DNA of 64,000 nucleotides from NCBI GenBank assembly GCA_002774875.1, contig PCYM01000006.1, positions 17,434 through 81,433 of the forward strand, written 5' to 3'. Position numbers and translations under genes: made by a program. This document shows positions 59,593 through 64,000 of the stretch, piece by piece. Under the pieces are notes generated by a model that saw only the letters and a program-made list of their open reading frames with translations, was not told the DNA's origin and did not search any database. Every line of letters starts with the position of its first letter. The first letter of the stretch is position 1. This DNA comes from Candidatus Uhrbacteria bacterium CG10_big_fil_rev_8_21_14_0_10_50_16 (GTDB taxonomy: Bacteria; Patescibacteriota; Patescibacteriia; UBA9934; UBA11717).

Positions 59593-59667
59593 GCGGAAAT
59601 AGCTCAGCGATAGAGCGCTTCCTTGCCAAGGAAGAGGTCGCGGGTTTGATCCCCGTTTTCCGCTCCA
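59593..59667 (+). tRNA. tRNA-Gly(GCC)
   Basis: GCGGAAA..CTTCC-TTGCCAA-GGAAG..TTTCCGC-TCCA; atypical D/T loops. Confidence 0.93.
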
Positions 59668-59814
59668 TCAAAGCGCACTCAGCAATGGGTGTGTTTTGTG
59701 TTATGAAAGGTTTGTCACTATCCCTATTTGGGAAAAGAAGGGTCTCTTTGCTCAAAGGGGATCCCGTCTATAAACCCGACGGGAAGGGAGTGAGTGGACC
59801 AGGCGGAAGGTGTG

Positions 59815-60387
59815 TTACTTGAGGAGATCCTTGAGGACCTGTCCCCAATCCTTGCCACCTTCTTCGGTGAGCGGCGCATGTACGTACTGGACCCGCGAGC
59901 CGTTGACTTTGAAGCTTGGGGCGGACGCCGGCTCTTCGAAGAGTCTGCGTCCGATGAGACCCAACGCACTTGCCATGGCCGTTCCGTGATGCCCGGCGTC
60001 CGTAACCATTGCCACGTAAGGGACGGCAACATAGCCGGCAAACATTGCCAGAATGAGCCCAAGCGGCGCCGTTTCGCCAGGACGAACCTCCTCGTAACTG
60101 AACTTCTCTACGGGAAGCTCCATGTCCGTAAGGACCACGTCGAAGCTCGGTGGTGCAAACTGCTGCAGGAGTTCAAAGTCCACCTGCTCGTAGTTCGGAC
60201 TCTGTCTTGTCAGACCTGCCTCGCGCTTCGCTTCCAGGTAGTGATCCCACGATCCCGTGTACGTCAGGAGAGAGATAGCCTCCTTGAAGGACGAGGCAAT
60301 CGTGAGCTCATGCTCGGCCAGCGTCTGCTTTGCGGACTCCCGGTGTCGGGGGCTGTCGTCAATAACCAGAATGCGAAGTGATTCCAT
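59815..60387 (-). CDS. Atypical response-regulator receiver-like protein (SD-led orphan cassette)
   Basis: LRILVIDD, FDVVLTDMELP, VAMVT; insertion between alpha2 and beta3; GGAGG SD. Confidence 0.7.
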   Translation of the reverse strand: MESLRILVIDDSPRHRESAKQTLAEHELTIASSFKEAISLLTYTGSWDHYLEAKREAGLTRQSPNYEQVDFELLQQFAPPSFDVVLTDMELPVEKFSYEEVRPGETAPLGLILAMFAGYVAVPYVAMVTDAGHHGTAMASALGLIGRRLFEEPASAPSFKVNGSRVQYVHAPLTEEGGKDWGQVLKDLLK

Positions 60388-60588
60388 TTGTTCCTCCGTG
60401 CCACTGTGTGGCAGTTGCGGGATCATTCCCTAAGACCAGAGGCTTGGCTGTTGCTTTGCTTGATCTTGCTTACGTTATACCAGAAAAGTCTCTCCTTGTC
60501 AATGGTTGATCAACGCAATAATAAGCCAACATTAGCCAACAAAGAATAATGTGTTGACGAAATCTCAACAACATGCTATCCTGGGAAC

Positions 60589-61383
60589 ATGGCAGAAGAC
60601 ACAAAAACCTTAGAAACACTGCTCTTTCAGCTAGGATTTAGTAAAAATGAGGCAGAAGTGTATTTAGGCGTGCAAAAACACGGAAAGATTACTCCTGCTC
60701 AATTAGCAGAAGTTACGGGAATAAACCGTACAACAGTTTATTCTCTCGCAAAGGAACTCATTAAAAGGGGAGTGATTGCAGAGGATTTAGGTCAAAAGCA
60801 GCGTTTTCTCATTGCTTCGAGCGCAGATAGCCTTGCCGGAACAGTTCGACGTAAGCAAAAAGAACTTGATAAAGAGAAGGACGTCGTGAATCAAGCCATG
60901 GCGGCAGTGCAAGATATCTCGCGACAGGCTCAGTATGCCGTACCAAAGATCCAATTTATTACGGAAGAAAAATTAGAAGATTTTCTTTACAGTCGTTCGC
61001 CTGAATGGGATAGAAGCATCATGGAAACCGACGGATTATATTTGGGATTCCAAGAACAGGCGCTCGCGGAACAATATGCGGATTGGATTGAGTGGTATTG
61101 GGGTCGTAGCCCAAAAGGTATGAAGTTTAATCTTTTGAGCAATGATTCAGAGGCAGAGAAGCGTGTGGCTATGAGCACGATTCCGGATCGCAAAATGACA
61201 TTTTGGAAAGAGAATATCAAATTCTCAGCTACGACGTGGGTCATGGGGGAATATGTGGTGATGTTTGTTCTCTCCTCCTCTCCGCAATACTTGGTAGAGA
61301 TTAAAGATGCGCGATTTGCGGAGAACCAACGTGCATTGTTTAAAGCGATATTAGAAGAATTGATCGTTAAACAGAATAAATAA
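60589..61383 (+). CDS. TrmB-family transcriptional regulator
   Basis: LGFSKNEAEVY, LAEVTGINRTTVY..L..RG wHTH; PKIQFI effector domain. Confidence 0.88.
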   Translation: MAEDTKTLETLLFQLGFSKNEAEVYLGVQKHGKITPAQLAEVTGINRTTVYSLAKELIKRGVIAEDLGQKQRFLIASSADSLAGTVRRKQKELDKEKDVVNQAMAAVQDISRQAQYAVPKIQFITEEKLEDFLYSRSPEWDRSIMETDGLYLGFQEQALAEQYADWIEWYWGRSPKGMKFNLLSNDSEAEKRVAMSTIPDRKMTFWKENIKFSATTWVMGEYVVMFVLSSSPQYLVEIKDARFAENQRALFKAILEELIVKQNK

Positions 61384-61615
61384 AAGAAGGCGGCAACCAC
61401 GAGGGCGCCACCGGGAAGGAAGTAGGGGTCCGGGGAGATGAAAATCGATCGCTTGTATGGGGTGTGAGCTAGCCTGACCACACAAGAAACCGTCACTGTA
61501 TCCGTACACGGAAGAGAGAGGCAGAATCCTCGCCAATTCGAGCTCGCCTTTAGGTGCGACTCGTCTCTCCGTTCCGGTAGAGGGAACAGCGTGTTTGTCA
61601 TTCGCCCCCGGCCCC
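61382..61615 (-). ncRNA. Candidate structured ncRNA D
   Basis: TTTACA-16-TACAGT promoter, 5' GGGGCCGGGGG pairs with 3' CUCCCCGGACCCC, terminator 61389-61412. Confidence 0.6.
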
Positions 61616-61671
61616 ACGTAAACTGTACGCCCGTTGGTGCATTTGTAAAGGATCTTTGGTGGATAAATAGG

Positions 61672-61820
61672 AGAAAAAAGAACAGCGAGAGCCTTGGGGC
61701 TCCCGCGTTTCGGTAGGTGGTGGTGGACGAGTTATGATCTTGCTCCGTTTTTCTTGCGCCCGCACCGGGTCGGAGTCTGAGATCAACCTGCGGTCGACGT
61801 GTTCACACTCGTCCACCACC
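61672..61820 (-). ncRNA. Candidate structured ncRNA E
   Basis: TTGACA-17-CAAAAT promoter, perfect 14-bp terminal stem 61807-61820/61719-61732, terminator 61685-61706. Confidence 0.65.
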
Positions 61821-61896
61821 AAACAAGATTTTGTCATATGGGGCAGGGACTGTCAACGATCTTGCCAGGAGGGAGAATGAACGCTATTGTATATCT

Positions 61897-61980
61897 ATGA
61901 AGAACACGGCAAAGAATATTGTTTACACCTATACGCGCCGTCCCTTCGGGGTACTACGACTGTTTTTTGTTTTAAACTAA
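61897..61980 (+). promoter_or_regulatory. Putative leaderless uORF/attenuator ahead of proS
   Basis: TTGCCA-17-TATTGT-6nt-ATG; MKNTAKNIVYTYTRRPFGVLRLFFVLN; CCC-TTCG-GGG hairpin then T-tract. Confidence 0.4.
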
Positions 61981-62004
61981 TCTCATGTTCCATTAGAGAT
62001 ATTT

Positions 62005-63231
62005 ATGTATTATTCAAAATTATTTGGAAAAACCAATAAGATGAAGCCTTCAGACGCCGATTCGGCAAACGCGCGGCTGTTGTTGCAAGGTGGATTTGTG
62101 AGTCAAATGGCGGCAGGGATCTACACCTATCTGCCCCTCGGCTTACGTGTACTCGATAAAATCAAACAGATTGTCCGTGAGGAGATGAACGCGATCGACG
62201 GCCAAGAAATCTCCATTCCTATGTTGTCGCCAAAGGATCCATGGGTGGCTACGGGGCGATGGAATTCGATCGACGTCTTGTTTAAATTAGAGGGTGCCGG
62301 GAAAAAGGAATACGCACTTCAATGCACGGCAGAGGATCTCATAACTCCGCTTGTAAAAGAGCAGGTTACGTCGTACAAAGACTTCCCAATCACGCTGTAT
62401 CAAATCCAAGATAAGTTCCGAAACGAGCCACGAGCTAAGTCGGGTTTGCTGCGTGGACGCGAGTTCTCCATGAAGGATCTGTACAGTTTCCATTTGGATC
62501 AAGAGGGATTTGCGGAATATTACGAACGATCCAAGGAAGCATATCTGAATGTTTACAAACGATGCGGGCTTGAAGCGGTTATTGCCAAGGCATCGGGCGG
62601 AGATTTTACGGAGCGTTTTTCGCACGAATTTCAGGTGCCCGCAGAGTCTGGAGAAGATATGATTTATACCGATAAACAAACGGGTGACGTGCTGAATAAG
62701 GAGGTCGTAGATGAGGCGGATTGGGAGAATACAGACAAGTACACGATTCAAAAATCGATTGAGGTGGGGAATATCTTTCCGCTCGAGACACGCTTCTCTA
62801 AGGCGATCGACCTAAAGGTGCAGGGCGCCGATGGGCAAATGAAGGAGGTTATTATGGGGTCTTACGGCATTGGTCCATCGCGTGTCATGGGATCTATTGT
62901 GGAAGTACATCATGACGACGCAGGAATTATTTGGCCAGAATTCGTGGCGCCGTTCTTGGTGCAAATTGTACCGGTTAGTTGGGAGGATGAAACGCAGAAA
63001 ACGATTGCGGAACAGATCTATCGTGCACTACAAGCAAAAGGTATTGAGGTGTTGCTCGATGACCGTGACAAGCGCCCGGGTGAGAAGTTTGCCGATGCGG
63101 ATTTGCTTGGTATGCCGTATCGCGTAACCGTTGGACGCCGGGCGATTGAAGGTTTTGTGGAGTTACGTCCGCGTTCCACGGGGGAGATTGAGGAACTTAC
63201 GGTGGATCAAGTAATTGGACGATTGTCATAA
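62005..63231 (+). CDS. proS: Proline--tRNA ligase (short form without INS editing domain)
   Basis: AAGIYTYLPLG, YQIQDKFRNEPRAKSGLLRGREFSMKDLYSF, IEVGNIF, MGSYGIGPSR, GEKFADADLLG. Confidence 0.96.
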   Translation: MYYSKLFGKTNKMKPSDADSANARLLLQGGFVSQMAAGIYTYLPLGLRVLDKIKQIVREEMNAIDGQEISIPMLSPKDPWVATGRWNSIDVLFKLEGAGKKEYALQCTAEDLITPLVKEQVTSYKDFPITLYQIQDKFRNEPRAKSGLLRGREFSMKDLYSFHLDQEGFAEYYERSKEAYLNVYKRCGLEAVIAKASGGDFTERFSHEFQVPAESGEDMIYTDKQTGDVLNKEVVDEADWENTDKYTIQKSIEVGNIFPLETRFSKAIDLKVQGADGQMKEVIMGSYGIGPSRVMGSIVEVHHDDAGIIWPEFVAPFLVQIVPVSWEDETQKTIAEQIYRALQAKGIEVLLDDRDKRPGEKFADADLLGMPYRVTVGRRAIEGFVELRPRSTGEIEELTVDQVIGRLS

Positions 63232-63272
63232 AGACAAACATCCCCTACACCACACGGTGCAGGGGATTTGTT

Positions 63273-63482
63273 TTACGCGGATTGCGCTTCTTTTTTCCGT
63301 TTCCAATTCCACGCCTTGGTCCATCCGTATTCTTTTCCTCGGATCCATGCTTGTCTGTTTTCTTCTAAAACAAGATCTAGGATTGATTGCTGAACGGATG
63401 CATCTACATTGAGGGCGTTAAACTTTTGCGTGATTTCGGTGCGCACCTCCTCACCCGATTTAAAGGTTTTCTTCTCGGGCAT
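63273..63482 (-). CDS. Small hypothetical protein
   Basis: 69-aa ORF directly after upstream stop, followed by terminator ~63236-63274. Confidence 0.6.
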   Translation of the reverse strand: MPEKKTFKSGEEVRTEITQKFNALNVDASVQQSILDLVLEENRQAWIRGKEYGWTKAWNWKRKKEAQSA

Positions 63483-63483
63483 A

Positions 63484-64000
63484 TTATGCGGTTACGAGTT
63501 TTGCCGCCGCACGCTTACGTAGATAGTACACGCCTGCAGACCCGGCCATGGACAGAAGCGCTGCACCAGACAAAGCGATTCCTGCACCTCCTCCTCCGCT
63601 TGAGCCAAGTGTTCCAGCGACGGCGGGATCTTGATTTTCTGCTTCTGTACGTACCACGATATCTTGTTGATCACGAGGCAAGAGACGGTAGCCGGAAGTT
63701 GTCTGACTTACAACGCCGGTAACCGTCAGTGTGTCTCCCACATTGGAGGACATGGCAATGCCAGTTGTTGGTTTGATTACCACATGGATCTCTCCGTTGG
63801 CGTCGGCGAGCATTAACTCACCGGAACTCTTCTCTGTTACAGATCCGGTAAGGCGCACAAGCCAGCCTTCCGTCTCTTCCCCTACCTGTGTGCTTGTAAC
63901 ATCATGCGGTTGCGGTGCGTCCTCCTGACTCATTATTTGAATATCGGACGTCTGTGATGCTTTGAGGCGTGTCTCTCCTTGAACATCGGTCAATTCTCCC
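63484..64000 (-). CDS. C-terminal part of surface protein with OB-fold and TM anchor (truncated by window)
   Basis: EG.LVRLTGSV, LADANGEI.V, GDTLTVTGVVSQ..SGYRLLPR...DI, Gly linker, TM, basic tail. Confidence 0.75.
   Translation of the reverse strand, partial: GELTDVQGETRLKASQTSDIQIMSQEDAPQPHDVTSTQVGEETEGWLVRLTGSVTEKSSGELMLADANGEIHVVIKPTTGIAMSSNVGDTLTVTGVVSQTTSGYRLLPRDQQDIVVRTEAENQDPAVAGTLGSSGGGGAGIALSGAALLSMAGSAGVYYLRKRAAAKLVTA

Noticed and set aside
61672-61820. Retron msr-msd
   Set aside because: Terminal inverted repeat present, but no reverse transcriptase in the window and no long msd hairpin
60987-61837. Minus-strand ORFs 60987-61601, 61351-61617 and 61598-61837
   Set aside because: They cross terminators or run antisense to trmB, lack SD or leaderless context, and overlap structured RNA candidates
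1-64000. TGA recoding (genetic code 25)
   Set aside because: Conserved genes are full length under code 11 and several (comM, rnpA, rnhB) end in TGA

Overview
Chromosomal origin region of a small-genome bacterium, most likely Patescibacteria/CPR (inferred from the VirB2-like pilin cluster, short ProRS, leaderless housekeeping genes and many orphan ORFs); standard genetic code. It holds rpmH-rnpA-yidD-dnaA-oriC-dnaN, rpsO/pnp, xer, comM, PBP1A, hppA, tig, isc genes, a five-pilin cluster, galU/Wzx/O-antigen ligase, ruvB, proS and five tRNAs. No CRISPR array, transposase or prophage was seen. The most unusual signals are non-coding: (1) at least five ORF-less, highly structured units, most with their own sigma70 promoter and terminator and with paired 5'/3' ends (~2.97-3.35, 8.3-8.7, 58.9-59.1, 61.4-61.6, 61.7-61.8 kb); (2) about seven GC-rich, Shine-Dalgarno-led orphan gene cassettes whose 5' UTRs can pair with the stop-codon region or hide the SD, unlike the leaderless core genes; (3) two dispersed repeat families and a tRNA-Leu 3' duplication; (4) a satellite DnaA-box cluster ~4 kb from dnaA. 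All protein calls come from motif recognition by eye and all RNA folds from manual pairing; no searches were run.
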